Source of the DNA: Spirulina sp.
Lineage (GTDB): Bacteria; Cyanobacteriota; Cyanobacteriia; Phormidesmidales; Phormidesmidaceae
Length of the DNA stretch: 64,000 bases
NCBI GenBank assembly: GCA_044070495.1
Contig: JBIPSI010000007.1
Location: forward strand, 64,001-128,000
Direction of reading: 5' to 3'
In this document: positions 9,996-20,396 of the stretch, one piece after another
How positions within the stretch are numbered: the first letter of the stretch is position 1
Layout: every line of letters begins with the position of its first letter
Translations under genes and position numbers: made by a program
The notes under the pieces: generated by a model
The model's database searches: none
Seen by the model: only the letters and a program-made list of their open reading frames with translations
Told to the model about the DNA's origin: nothing

Positions 9996-11243
9996 TGCTT
10001 TAACAAATCCCACTCTACGGCCTACGGGTTTGTGACCTTCCAAACGGCGTATCTGAAGGCCAACTATCCCGTGGAGTACATGGCGGCGCTGCTGACCTCC
10101 AACAGCGGCGACCAAGACAAGGTGCAGATGCACATCGCCAACTGCATCGCCATGGGCATTGAGGTGCTGCCGCCCGATATCAACCGCTCCCTGGTGGATT
10201 TTACCCCCGAAGGGCAAAATATTCTCTTTGGCCTCTCAGCGGTGCGCAATGTTGGGTTGGGGGCGATTGAGTGCCTGATTAAAGAGCGGGATAAGGACGG
10301 CCCCTTCAAGTCCTTAGCGGAACTGTGCGACCGCATTGACCTCCATGCTGTTAACCGTCGGGCCTTGGAATCGCTGATTTTGGCGGGGGCGCTGGACACC
10401 ATCAACCCCAATCGCCAACAGCTCATGCAGCACTTGGCGCTAATGATTGACTGGGCGCAGGGACGGGCCAAGGATCGTGAAATTGGCCAGGGCAACCTGT
10501 TCGATATGATGCTGGGCGGCGGCGAGACCTCGGCGGCTCCAGTCCCCGGTGGCTATGAGGGAGCCCCTGAGGCTCCGAAGGTGGATGATTTTGACGACCA
10601 AGAAAAGCTGCGCCAGGAGAAGGAAATCCTCGGCTTTTACATTTCCAACCATCCCCTCAAATCGGTGCAGCGTCCGGCCCGCATCCTCGCCCCCATCAAC
10701 CTGGCAGAACTGGGGGAACAGCCCGACAATGTCACCCTCAGCGCCATTGTGCTACTGTCCTCCGTAAAGCCTGTGATCACCAAAAAAGGGGATCGCATGG
10801 CTATTGTGCAGATTGAAGACCTAACCGGACAGTCTGAGGCGGTGGTCTTTCCCAAGTCCTTTGAGCGCATTGGCCAACACATCGTGGCCGACAAGCGCCT
10901 GATGCTGTGGGGCAAGGTAGACCGCCGGGACGACCGGGTGCAGTTCATCATCGACGATGCCGAACCCATCGAAGAGGTGCGCATGGTGATGGTTGAGCTG
11001 GATCCAAAGCTGGCGGGCGACATTGAACAGCAGCACCGCCTCCGCAACGTCATCCGCAACCACCAGGGCGAAGATCCTAAGTATGCCCGTGTGCCCGTCA
11101 TTGCGGTGATTGGTACTAGCCACCAGCGGCAGTTTGTTCGCCTAGGGGCACAGTTCCGAGTTAACGATCCCGAAGCCGCTGTCAATGCCTTGGTACAGGC
11201 CAACTTCAACGCCAAAGCCACGCCCCTGGTGGCTTCGGCCTGA
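9888..11243 (+). CDS. dnaE: DNA polymerase III alpha C-terminal part (split DnaE) with N-terminal Int-C
   Basis: [36 protein letters not shown] followed by [10 protein letters not shown]...[24 protein letters not shown]. Confidence 0.97.
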   Translation: [451 protein letters not shown]

Positions 11244-11263
11244 TGGCCTGCCCCATCTCCAAA

Positions 11264-11348
11264 GTAGGTTGGGTGCAGCGAAGCGGAACCCAACACTTTC
11301 CGAGGATATCGGGCTTGTTGGGTTCTGCTATCGCGCCACCCAACCTAC
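11264..11348. repeat. Inverted REP-like pair (GTAGGTTGGG...CCCAAC type)
   Basis: GTAGGTTGGGTGCAGCGAAGCGGAACCCAACA ... TGTTGGGTTCTGCTATCGCGCCACCCAACCTAC between convergent dnaE-c and glyS. Confidence 0.8.
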
Positions 11349-11453
11349 GAGAGATAAAGGCTTTTCGGCGATGTGTCAGTCAGCCAGGGCTTCGGCCTAG
11401 TGGCGTTCCAGACCATTTACCGCTACGGATGATCAGCGCGATTCAACCATGGC

Positions 11454-13610
11454 CTAGCCTTTGACGATGGCTCCAAAGTTGGCCAGGACTAAGGCGTGGT
11501 TCCGTAATAAACCCAGCAAATTTAGACGGTTTTGGCGGATGGCGGGGTTTTCGTCCATCACCAGTACGCTGTCGGGGCCATCGAAGAAACCGCTGACCAC
11601 GGGGGCCGCCTGCTGAAGGCCAGCGAGCAACTGCTGGTAGTCGCGGCTGGCCTGGGCGGCTTGGGTTTGGGGCAAGAGGGTTTCTAGGGTATCTAAAAAC
11701 GCTTGCTCGGCGGGGGATTGGAACTGTTTAGCATCCACCAATCCGGTGGGATCGAGGACGGTGGTGGCCAGATCGCCCTGGGCGGCAAGGCGGGTGGCAC
11801 GAGTCACCGTTTCATAAATGGTGGCGAGGCGGCCATCCTGGCGGATTTCCTGGAGGAACAGCGCCCGGTTCTTGGCATCGAGCAAATCCACCAAGGCGCG
11901 GTCGGCGTAGGTGGGATTGTCTTCTCCGAGGGTGGCGTTTACTAGGTCGTAGTCAATGCCGAGTTCATCCTGGAGCAGAGTTTGCACCCGTTGCAGGAAA
12001 AAGTCGCGCAGTTGACCCAGCAGCGGTTCGGCTTCGGTAATGGGGACATCTGGATTGGCGACGGCATCGGCCACCACCGCCTGAAGCAGGGCCAGCAGAT
12101 TGAGAGGAAGCCCCGCCGCCCAGATGATATTCACCACGGCGTTGGCGGCGCGGCGCAGGGCAAAGGGGTCTGAAGACCCGCTGGGCTTTTCGCCGAGGCT
12201 GAAGATGCTGACCAGGGTATCTAGTCGATCCGCCAAACCCACCCCTTGGCCCACCAGGGTTTGGGGCAGTTGATCGTGGGCACCACGGGGTAGGTAGTGC
12301 TCAAAGATAGCGGTGGCGACGGCATTGGGTTCGCCGCTGTGGCTAGCGTAGGTTTGGCCCATCACCCCCTGGAGTTCGGGGAATTCTCCCACCATTTGGG
12401 AAACCAAATCCGCCTTGCACAGGTGGGCGGCCCGCTGGAGGTGCTGGCGGGTAGCGGTCTCTAGCCCAAGCTGGTCGGCAATGCGGGCGGCGATGGCTTC
12501 GATGCGCTGCACCTTGGCGGCCATGGAACCCAGCCGTTCCTCAAAGGTGACGGTTTCCAGCTTGGTGACGAAGTCTTCTAGGGGAACAGCCCGGTCGGCA
12601 TCGAAGAAAAACTTACCGTCCGACAGGCGGGCACGGATCACCCTGGCGTTGCCCTCGGCGATGATGGCGGCTTTGGCTGGATCGCCGTTGGAAATGGTGA
12701 TGAAGTAGGGCATCAACTCGGCGGACTGGGCCGACTTTCGCACCGGGAAATAGCGCTGGTGGCTCTCCATTTCCATGGTGGCGACCTCCGGCGGCAGTTC
12801 CAAAAATTCCGCGTCAAACTGGCCGACGACAGCGGTGGGCCACTCTACCAAGTTGGTGACTTCATCGAGGAGCGATTCCGAAATCACGGGCACTCCGCCT
12901 AGTTCCTTGGCCGCTTTTTCCACCTGCTTTTGAATCAGCAAACGGCGGGCGGCGGGGTCAATTTCCACAAAGGCGTGGCGCAGGGTTTCCACATAGTCTT
13001 GGGCCTGCTTCAGGGAGATAGCGTCTGGAGCCAAGACACGATGGCCCTGGGAATGACGACCGCTTTGGCAGGTAATCGACCCATTTTCGAGGGTGAGGGG
13101 CAGCACCTCAGCATCCAACAGTGTCACCAGCCAGCGAATGGGCCGAGGAAAGCGCAGGTCGCCATCACCCCAGCGCATGAACCGCTTGCCCTCCAGGTTC
13201 AAAATCCAGCCAGGGATCAGTTCCGTCAGCACCTCGGCGGCGGGGCGTCCGGCGATGGCCTGGGTGACAAACACAAAGGCTCCCTTATCGGTCTCGCGCA
13301 CTTCAAGCGCATCGAGTTCGACCCCACGGGAACGGGCAAAGCCTTCAGCGGCCTTGGTGGGCTGGCCATCTTTAAATGCCGCCTGGGCCGGGGGGCCTTT
13401 CACTTCCTCCGTGCGGTCAGGCTGGCGATCTGGTAAGCCTTCTAACACCATGGCCAACCGCCGAGGCGTGCCGTAAAACCGCACCAGTTCTGGGGCGAGG
13501 GCCTGTTCTTCCAGATCCGCCACCACCCGCTGTTGCCACTGAGCCAGGGCATCGCTTACAAAACTGGCGGGCAATTCTTCGGTGCCCACTTCCAGCAAAA
13601 ATGTCGCCAT
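11454..13610 (-). CDS. glyS: Glycine--tRNA ligase beta subunit
   Basis: [65 protein letters not shown]. Confidence 0.97.
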   Translation of the reverse strand: MATFLLEVGTEELPASFVSDALAQWQQRVVADLEEQALAPELVRFYGTPRRLAMVLEGLPDRQPDRTEEVKGPPAQAAFKDGQPTKAAEGFARSRGVELDALEVRETDKGAFVFVTQAIAGRPAAEVLTELIPGWILNLEGKRFMRWGDGDLRFPRPIRWLVTLLDAEVLPLTLENGSITCQSGRHSQGHRVLAPDAISLKQAQDYVETLRHAFVEIDPAARRLLIQKQVEKAAKELGGVPVISESLLDEVTNLVEWPTAVVGQFDAEFLELPPEVATMEMESHQRYFPVRKSAQSAELMPYFITISNGDPAKAAIIAEGNARVIRARLSDGKFFFDADRAVPLEDFVTKLETVTFEERLGSMAAKVQRIEAIAARIADQLGLETATRQHLQRAAHLCKADLVSQMVGEFPELQGVMGQTYASHSGEPNAVATAIFEHYLPRGAHDQLPQTLVGQGVGLADRLDTLVSIFSLGEKPSGSSDPFALRRAANAVVNIIWAAGLPLNLLALLQAVVADAVANPDVPITEAEPLLGQLRDFFLQRVQTLLQDELGIDYDLVNATLGEDNPTYADRALVDLLDAKNRALFLQEIRQDGRLATIYETVTRATRLAAQGDLATTVLDPTGLVDAKQFQSPAEQAFLDTLETLLPQTQAAQASRDYQQLLAGLQQAAPVVSGFFDGPDSVLVMDENPAIRQNRLNLLGLLRNHALVLANFGAIVKG

Positions 13611-13829
13611 AGGATAATCGAGAGAATAAACCGAAAATAAACCGTAGATCGCCGTGCTGCTGGGTTGGCTAGGGGATGGAGGACGCCCTCAACCGTACTT
13701 TTGCAGCGTTATCAGTCTACCAAGAACCGTTGGCGCTTTTGCTCGATACCCAGACTGGCCCTAGCTACCCCATGGCCTGGTAGGATCAGCCTATTTCGTT
13801 GAACTGTACACCCGTTTAAGCGCACACCA

Positions 13830-14099
13830 ATGGCCAAATATGTACTGTGGGGCCGCTATTGCGAGAACGCCCTAGAAAAGCGCACCCCCTACCGCGAAGC
13901 CCATTTGCAGGGGCTTCAGGCCCAAAAAGATCAGGGCATTTTGCAAGCCCTCGGCCCCACCACCGACAATACCAAGGTGTTTGGCATCTACGAAGCCGAG
14001 GACGAAGCCACCGTCCGCGCCCTGATCGAGTCTGACCCCTACTGGCAAAACGGCATTTGGACAGAGTACGAAATCCACCCCTGGAACCAGGTCTTTTAG
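13830..14099 (+). CDS. YciI family protein
   Basis: KRTPYREAHL, GPT, LIESDPYWQNGIW. Confidence 0.85.
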   Translation: MAKYVLWGRYCENALEKRTPYREAHLQGLQAQKDQGILQALGPTTDNTKVFGIYEAEDEATVRALIESDPYWQNGIWTEYEIHPWNQVF

Positions 14100-14165
14100 C
14101 CTCGATTCGGGTTAGACCAAGCATCGGGGAAATCGGAAACTTCACCGAGACCTGCACACCTCCTG

Positions 14166-14224
14166 CCAATCCTCTTCAGAGGATTTCGGCTTTAAGCCAA
14201 GGACTTCAGCCTTGGCTTAAAGCC
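14166..14224. repeat. Double-hairpin REP-like repeat (same family as 39620-39958)
   Basis: CCAATCCTCTTCAGAGGATTTCGGCTTTAAGCCAAGGACTTCAGCCTTGGCTT matches the reverse complement of 39798-39838. Confidence 0.7.
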
Positions 14225-14290
14225 AGCCTAAGCGCTTGCCCCACCCTCGCCACTCTGCAACCTTCTCTGTTCCCTAACGACTTTTCCCCT

Positions 14291-14956
14291 GTGTCCTACG
14301 CCAACCCCATTGATGATGTGTCCGATGCCCGCCGCCATGCTCCGGCTACCCAGCGCAACCGAGAGCCAATTTTGGCGGTGCTAGAGCGGGTATTGCCGCC
14401 GACGGGAACCGTGCTGGAGATTTCCAGCGGTACCGGGGAACATGCGGTGTTTTTTGCCCCTCGGTTGGCCCCGCGCCAGTGGCTTCCTTCGGATCCTGAT
14501 GCCCTATCCCGCCAGAGTATCTTGGCTTGGCAAAGGGCGACCCCCGCCGACAACCTGCACCCGCCCCTGGCCCTAGATGCAAGTACGACTCCCTGGCCTG
14601 TAGACGATTCCCAAGCGAGCCTGGGGGTGAATTTGACCGATCATCCCATCACCGCCATCGTGAATATCAATATGATTCACATTGCCCCCTGGGAGGCTTG
14701 CTTGGGGCTGATGGCTGGGGCTGGGCGACTGTTGCCCCAGGGTGGCATTCTCTATCTCTATGGCCCGTATAAGCAGGGTGGCCAACATACTGCTCCTAGC
14801 AATGCGGCCTTTGATCAAAGCCTTCAGGCCCAAAATCCGGCCTGGGGTGTGCGGGATTTAGAAACAGTGGTGGCGGTGGCCGAATCGGTTGGACTGAGCT
14901 TCCTTGAAACCGTCGCCATGCCTGCCAATAACCTCTCGGTGGTGTTTTGGGCCTAG
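14291..14956 (+). CDS. DUF938 family SAM-dependent methyltransferase
   Basis: APATQRNREPIL, VLEISSGTGEH, NINMIHIAPW, YGPY, SNAAFD, MPANN; start uncertain (GTG at 14291 or 14318). Confidence 0.85.
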   Translation: MSYANPIDDVSDARRHAPATQRNREPILAVLERVLPPTGTVLEISSGTGEHAVFFAPRLAPRQWLPSDPDALSRQSILAWQRATPADNLHPPLALDASTTPWPVDDSQASLGVNLTDHPITAIVNINMIHIAPWEACLGLMAGAGRLLPQGGILYLYGPYKQGGQHTAPSNAAFDQSLQAQNPAWGVRDLETVVAVAESVGLSFLETVAMPANNLSVVFWA

Positions 14957-15061
14957 CGTCCTATCGACCTTGGCGCGGGAACATTGTGATTAACGGAGGC
15001 TAAGCTTAAAGTCCCTAGGCTTCTGGGAGTCTGGTCGTTCAGGATACACGGGTGAGCCGCG

Positions 15062-15745
15062 ATGAATGTGCTGCTGGTGGAGGATGAAGCCAAAATTGCC
15101 AGCTTTGTGGTGCAAGGGCTGCGAGAGCAGGGCTTTGTGGTGGATCACTGCGCCAATGGCAACGAGGGCTACGATTGGGCCACAGAGCGGGAGTATGATG
15201 TGCTGCTGCTGGATATTATGGTGCCCGGTAAGGATGGGCTGGCGATTTTGAAGGATCTGCGCCAGGGGGGGCAAACGGTGCCGATTATCCTCCTCACCGC
15301 CCGCAATGCCCTGGATGATCGGCTGACTGGGCTGAACCTAGGGGCCGATGATTACCTGGCCAAACCCTTCTACGTGGAGGAACTGGTGGCCCGCATCCAT
15401 GCCGTGGTGCGCCGTACCCAGGGAGAACGGCAGAATATCCTGGCCCAGGGGCCGCTGCGGCTGGATCGCATTACCCGCACGGTAACCAGTGGGGATCGCC
15501 AGGTAGACCTAACCGGCAAGGAATTCAACCTGCTGGAATACCTGATGCGGTCGCCCGGACGGGTCTTCACTCGCACCCAAATTTTGGAGCATGTCTGGGG
15601 CTACGACTTCAACCCCAGTACCAACGTGGTGGATGTAGCCATCCAACGTCTCCGCAAAAAGCTAGATCCCGTTGAAGCGGCCCACTGGATCGAAAGCGTG
15701 CGCGGCGTGGGCTATCGGTTTCGCCCTCCGGAGGCCAACCCATGA
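15062..15745 (+). CDS. OmpR-family response regulator (CusR/CzcR-like)
   Basis: LLVEDE, LLDIMVPG, GADDYLAKPF, VWGYDFNPSTNVVDV, SVRGVGYRF. Confidence 0.92.
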   Translation: MNVLLVEDEAKIASFVVQGLREQGFVVDHCANGNEGYDWATEREYDVLLLDIMVPGKDGLAILKDLRQGGQTVPIILLTARNALDDRLTGLNLGADDYLAKPFYVEELVARIHAVVRRTQGERQNILAQGPLRLDRITRTVTSGDRQVDLTGKEFNLLEYLMRSPGRVFTRTQILEHVWGYDFNPSTNVVDVAIQRLRKKLDPVEAAHWIESVRGVGYRFRPPEANP

Positions 15746-17238
15746 CGCGGCCTTCCCTGCGCTGGCGGCTGGCCCTGCTGTCTTCAGCCCTGGCGGGGGG
15801 CGTGCTGCTGGGGTTTGCCCTGCTGTCGGGCTGGCTCATCTACCAGGCCAAGCTCGACCGATTGGATGCCCAGTTGATCAGCGGTTTGCAACCCCTGGGG
15901 CGGCCCCGCAACGGCGACCCCCTCGCCAATCCTGAAATGGCCCTTGCCCAAACCCTCGGTTTGGCCGAACCGGAGGCCGTCGCCCTGGTGATTTTCGACC
16001 GCAACCACAGCCTGCGCTACCAATCCCCCTGGTGGCCTGAGAATCTGGCCCTGCCAAACTCCCTCCGTCCCGACATCCACCCTAGCCCAGCTAGCCCCAG
16101 CCTCGATGCGCCGCGTCCCTCGCTGCCCGCCCCCCCCGCTACCCAACCCCGGCGCGGCATGGATCGGGCGATGCCCCTGGAGGTCGTCACCCTTGGCCCC
16201 ATCACCGCACGGGGTTCTGGCCAGCGCTGGCGAGTGGTGGGGCGTTCTGGGCCGCTGGGTCGGGTGGTGATTGCCGTCAGCCTTCAGGCCATTCACCAAG
16301 AAATGGGTGCCCTGGGGCGGATTTACGGATTGACCATCCCCGGTGCCCTAGCCCTCGTCGCCGTGGGATCTTGGGCCTTGGCAGGGCGGGCCTTGCAACC
16401 AGTGCAAACCCTCAGCCAAGCCATTGCCCAGGTGACGGCCCAGGGTTTACATCAGCGCATTGTGAATGCCGAGGTCGATCAGGAATTTGAGCCGCTGATC
16501 ACGGCCTTCAACGCCATGCTAGAACGGCTGGAACGCAGCTTTCACCAGGCCACCCGCTTCAGTGGCGACGCCGCCCACGAACTCAAAACCCCCCTTGCCA
16601 TCCTCCAGGGCGAACTCGAACAAGCCCTGCAACAGGCCGAGGCCGGATCCCCCATCCAGCAAACCCTGGGGCGATTATTGGATGAGGTCAGCCGCCTGGG
16701 GGGCATTGTGCGCAAGCTGCTGCTGCTGTCCCTCGCTGATGCCGGACAGATGACCCTGCACCAAGCCCCCGTGAACCTGAGCCAATTGGTAGCCGACCAA
16801 CTGGAAGACCTAGCCCTACTGGCCCCCGATCTCACCGTTACCGCCGAGTTGCCCCCCAACCTCTGGGTCAATGGAGACAGTGACCTGCTGATTCAGGTGA
16901 TCCAAAACCTACTGGGCAACGCCATCAAATACAACCTGCCCCAGGGCTGGATTCGGGTGGTGGGTGAGGTGCACCAAGGCCAGAGCCAAATCACGATCAC
17001 CAATGCGGCCCAACCCCTTTCCGCCCAGGATCGGCAACACCTGTTTGATCGGTTTTACCGAGGCGATCCGGCCCGTAGCCGCACCACCGATGGCCTCGGT
17101 CTGGGCCTCAGTTTGGCCCGCGAAATTGCCCGCGCCCACGGCGGCGACCTCACCCTAGCCACTCCCCATCCCTCACCCCAGGAACCCTCTGCCGTCGGGT
17201 TGCGGCTGTGTCTGCCCTACGCCCAAGCGCAGACCTAG
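15742..17238 (+). CDS. Sensor histidine kinase (heavy-metal sensor-like; 2 TM, HAMP)
   Basis: ATGA overlap with the regulator; H-box FSGDAAHELKTPL, NLLGNAIKY, FDRFYR, GLGLGLSLA. Confidence 0.92.
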   Translation: MTRPSLRWRLALLSSALAGGVLLGFALLSGWLIYQAKLDRLDAQLISGLQPLGRPRNGDPLANPEMALAQTLGLAEPEAVALVIFDRNHSLRYQSPWWPENLALPNSLRPDIHPSPASPSLDAPRPSLPAPPATQPRRGMDRAMPLEVVTLGPITARGSGQRWRVVGRSGPLGRVVIAVSLQAIHQEMGALGRIYGLTIPGALALVAVGSWALAGRALQPVQTLSQAIAQVTAQGLHQRIVNAEVDQEFEPLITAFNAMLERLERSFHQATRFSGDAAHELKTPLAILQGELEQALQQAEAGSPIQQTLGRLLDEVSRLGGIVRKLLLLSLADAGQMTLHQAPVNLSQLVADQLEDLALLAPDLTVTAELPPNLWVNGDSDLLIQVIQNLLGNAIKYNLPQGWIRVVGEVHQGQSQITITNAAQPLSAQDRQHLFDRFYRGDPARSRTTDGLGLGLSLAREIARAHGGDLTLATPHPSPQEPSAVGLRLCLPYAQAQT

Positions 17239-17261
17239 CCGCCACCGATAGAACCACGGGA

Positions 17262-18437
17262 TTAAGTTAGATCTAGGGGCAAATTCATGAAGGGTGTGTC
17301 GTCCTTGGCTTCGGCTTCTTTGGCGATGGCGTTGCGGTAGACATCGATTAAGTGGTTGGGGGCAATATCCCCATGGTGGGACAGAAACGACCACGGTTCA
17401 CCCGCATGGACAAAGTTGACAATCAGCAAGTTGCTGAGGGGCGTCATCGGCACCATATCCGCCAGATTTACCACCCGATAGTGGTTGGGCAGAAGCTTGC
17501 TGTGGGCTTCCACAAAGGCGAGATCACCGACGCGGGGGGTGCCGTAGGTGTAGATATGCAGGTTGGGCTGAAAATCGGGATAGTGCAGCGCCACATCCAT
17601 CGCCGCCAGGTTGGCCAGGGCACCGCCCAGGCTGTGGCCCGAAATCACCAGGGGTTTGGTGGGATCTAGGGTTTGCACCGCCGCCCTCACGGCCTCGGCC
17701 AGTTGGTTGAAGTACAGGGAAGAAAACCCCAAATGCACCTGGCCCAGCGCCTCCTCGGTTTGCGGATGCTTGTAGCTGGTTTGCAGGGTAAGCAAATCCC
17801 CCAGCACTTCGAGGGTGCGCTGGGTGCCCCGAAACATCAGCAGATTAAACACTTCGGAGGTGAGCAGAAACCCGTAGTACACCGGAACGGCCTGACGAAT
17901 TTGCACCACCTGCTCTACCTGCTGCTCGATGGCATCCGTGGTGCGCTCCAGCCGCCGTTGCAGACTGGGGATATCCTCGGTTTCTGACATCAGTTCCGCC
18001 AGGGGCACCTCAAAGCGAATGCGCTCCTGGGCCTGCTCTAGGGCGGTAAAGGAGGCCACCTGTTGAAACGCCTCCAGGCCCGCTTCGGGGTAAAAGGGCA
18101 GACGATCAATGCGGCCATCGTAGTCGGCCTGATACTTGCCCTGGAAATATTGCAGGGTGGACAGCCTAGCCGCCGCGATGATCTGCTTCGACCAATCGCG
18201 ATTGTAGGGAACCGTGGGCAATTGTTGTTGCGCCTGGGTTTGCCCCGTGGCCAGGTTTTGGATGGTTTCTAAGCTGGCCTGGTAGGCTTGCTGCACCAGG
18301 GCTTGGGGGTCGTACAACGCCTCTAGGGCAACCTGTTCGGCCTCAGCGGCACGTAGTTTTCGGGTATTGCGCCCCACAATGGCCGCTACAGAAGCCCCCA
18401 ATCCGCCCCAAAGGGCCTGCCGTCGCTTAAGTTTCAT
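17262..18437 (-). CDS. Class 3 lipase with probable Tat signal
   Basis: N-terminal KRRQALWGG; FRGT, VHLGF, GHSLGGALA, YTYGTPRVGD, DMVP. Confidence 0.88.
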   Translation of the reverse strand: MKLKRRQALWGGLGASVAAIVGRNTRKLRAAEAEQVALEALYDPQALVQQAYQASLETIQNLATGQTQAQQQLPTVPYNRDWSKQIIAAARLSTLQYFQGKYQADYDGRIDRLPFYPEAGLEAFQQVASFTALEQAQERIRFEVPLAELMSETEDIPSLQRRLERTTDAIEQQVEQVVQIRQAVPVYYGFLLTSEVFNLLMFRGTQRTLEVLGDLLTLQTSYKHPQTEEALGQVHLGFSSLYFNQLAEAVRAAVQTLDPTKPLVISGHSLGGALANLAAMDVALHYPDFQPNLHIYTYGTPRVGDLAFVEAHSKLLPNHYRVVNLADMVPMTPLSNLLIVNFVHAGEPWSFLSHHGDIAPNHLIDVYRNAIAKEAEAKDDTPFMNLPLDLT

Positions 18438-18897
18438 GGGGGTTGTCCTCCTCCGGGACGGGCGCGATTGAGGTCGCTGGACTGGCTGGACTGGCTGGAC
18501 TGGCTGAACTGGTTGGGGAAAGGGCGCTGAGGTAGCAGTGGTTCACCGCCTGCCCCACCCCCCAAAAAAGGGCAAAAAATGCCAGCCCTGGGGCCAACCC
18601 CGCCAACCACGGCACCCGCACCCCCAGGACAATGCCAACAAACCCCGACGCAACGCCCAGCAGCACCGCTCCGGTAAGGCCCGCCAGCAAGCTGAGTTTG
18701 GCGACCACATCTGGAGTGTAGCCCTGCCATAGGCGTAAAATGCCCCGCACCATCAGGCCCAGCAGCACGGGCAGCGCAATAATCTTGAAAAAAATGCTGT
18801 AGGGGATGGGCAGCAGCGCCACCACAGCCGCCCCCAGGGCATAGTCCACCATTAGCCCTCTGGCCCGGTGGTTGAGACTGGCAGGCGAATGGGTCAC
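18427..18897 (-). CDS. Small integral membrane protein (about 4 TM), overlapping the lipase start
   Basis: Hydrophobic helices; C-terminal SPASPASPA from a 9-bp tandem repeat at about 18476-18510. Confidence 0.7.
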   Translation of the reverse strand: MTHSPASLNHRARGLMVDYALGAAVVALLPIPYSIFFKIIALPVLLGLMVRGILRLWQGYTPDVVAKLSLLAGLTGAVLLGVASGFVGIVLGVRVPWLAGLAPGLAFFALFWGVGQAVNHCYLSALSPTSSASPASPASPATSIAPVPEEDNPHET

Positions 18898-18903
18898 CGT
18901 GGG

Positions 18904-19353
18904 TTAATCCTCCAGGGGCAAGGACGACGCATCGGCCAAGATCAACGCCAGGGCTTGGTCAACGATCAGTTGCGGGTTGACCCATTGCCCCAGTTCCGCC
19001 GCCCCATAGCGACCCTCAAAGGCTTCTAGGGCCGCCTGCCGCAGGGCCGAACTGTAGGCATCTTCCAGGGTTTCACGCAGTTCCCCCAGGGAGAGGTAGG
19101 TGCCGCCAGCCTTGCGCCGCTGGTTGGTGCGCTGAATTTGCTTGACCGCGTTGAAGATCGAGACCTCCCAGGAACGGGTAGATCGCTGCTCTGCGGCCTG
19201 TTGCATTAAATGCATCAGCAAGATGACACCGAAACTAAAGATCCGGTTGAGCTTGTCATCCTTCCCCATTTCGGCCATTTCCTCCACCAAAAGCAGGGCC
19301 TCGGTGACACGGTTGGCCCGCAGGAGATCCTGAAGTTCTAGCAGTTCTTCCAT
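18904..19353 (-). CDS. DUF29 family protein
   Basis: ILLMHL..TRSWEVSI..LEDAYSSALRQA pattern. Confidence 0.75.
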   Translation of the reverse strand: MEELLELQDLLRANRVTEALLLVEEMAEMGKDDKLNRIFSFGVILLMHLMQQAAEQRSTRSWEVSIFNAVKQIQRTNQRRKAGGTYLSLGELRETLEDAYSSALRQAALEAFEGRYGAAELGQWVNPQLIVDQALALILADASSLPLED

Positions 19354-19724
19354 GACAGGACACCACAGCGGCAGGGTAGTTCTATGCTATATCGAGACGA
19401 CGACTCTGGCCGAACCCCCAGTCTATCCGTAGGGCACTGCCCACCATTCACCTGTAATCGCAGCCAGCCAGCCCTAAGTTTTTCCGCAGCTTCAGAAATG
19501 ACTTTGGCATTCAACAACGTAAAAATACGGTCTAACGCTAGAATGCCTGTCAATTCTGCTTCCTCATCAGGATTAAGGCCAGATATTCTCTGTTTTTCGT
19601 TTAAGCTTTCTAGCCTTTCTTGCAAGGGCTCACTAAATTTAAACAGATATAACCCTCTAACCATCTTCATTTGAATGTCTGCATCAATGAAGGCTGAAGG
19701 CTGAATCATAAGCTGTGCATTCAT
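19338..19724 (-). CDS. Hypothetical antitoxin-like small protein (C-terminus possibly read-through)
   Basis: LQERLESLNEKQ..LNPDEEAEL..LDRIFTLLNAK motif of cyanobacterial small proteins; RBS AGGAGA. Confidence 0.55.
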   Translation of the reverse strand: MNAQLMIQPSAFIDADIQMKMVRGLYLFKFSEPLQERLESLNEKQRISGLNPDEEAELTGILALDRIFTLLNAKVISEAAEKLRAGWLRLQVNGGQCPTDRLGVRPESSSRYSIELPCRCGVLSWKNC

Positions 19725-19768
19725 GGATTCAATCTCCTAGCAATGTACTAATCAAAAATAATCTAAGA

Positions 19769-20101
19769 CTATATGTAACGCTTCATATCCTCAAGTGGCT
19801 CATCGAAATCATCAGACATCGTGATTTTTCCAGCTAGGCTACCGTAGCCATATTTTTTCTCAAGAACTTCTCTCTGTTCAACGCTCATAGATTCTATGGG
19901 GCGATCAAAATGTGCTGGCAGAGGCAACCTGAAAGTTCCTTCAATAAAGACTGGTGGATTATCTTCAGAATCATGCTCTGTTTCCTCTAGATTTTGCTTA
20001 CGGTACTGATGGGCCAAAAACTCCGTATAAATAAATACAGCCTCTTTGACAGAATCGGGTAGGTTCTCAATATTTTTCAAAATTGCTGATTCTATGGTCA
20101 T
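19769..20101 (-). CDS. DUF2281-domain antitoxin-like protein
   Basis: IENLPDSVKEAV..EFL and C-terminal GYGSLAGKITMSDDFDEPLEDMKRY. Confidence 0.75.
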   Translation of the reverse strand: MTIESAILKNIENLPDSVKEAVFIYTEFLAHQYRKQNLEETEHDSEDNPPVFIEGTFRLPLPAHFDRPIESMSVEQREVLEKKYGYGSLAGKITMSDDFDEPLEDMKRYI

Positions 20102-20147
20102 CTTTACTTCTCCTCTCGTTTTCATGATGAATGCTATGGATCTTTAC

Positions 20148-20396
20148 TCAAGAAGCTTTTAATTGAGGTTGATAAGCCAACACATCCACAGAAATAGATT
20201 TAATCGGTTGTACGTCACTATGTAGCATGAGTCGAATGTGTTCGGTCGTTTCTCGGCTAAAGCTTTCTTCTCCACAATGAGAACAAACCGTTGCGGGAAT
20301 ACCCTCAACCAAGTAAAACTTGCCATCAATCTGAAAAATCTCAGTGACCAAATCTTCGTGAAATTTCTCTGAGCCACAAACATGACACTTAACCAT
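20148..20396 (-). CDS. YgiT-type zinc finger (MqsA-like) antitoxin
   Basis: KCHVCG ... VEGIPATVCSHCGE; TAATG coupling with the upstream DUF4258 gene. Confidence 0.85.
   Translation of the reverse strand: MVKCHVCGSEKFHEDLVTEIFQIDGKFYLVEGIPATVCSHCGEESFSRETTEHIRLMLHSDVQPIKSISVDVLAYQPQLKAS

Noticed and set aside
14057..14290. N-terminal extension of the DUF938 ORF in the track
   Set aside because: Overlaps yciI and a REP-like repeat; homology begins near RRHAPAT
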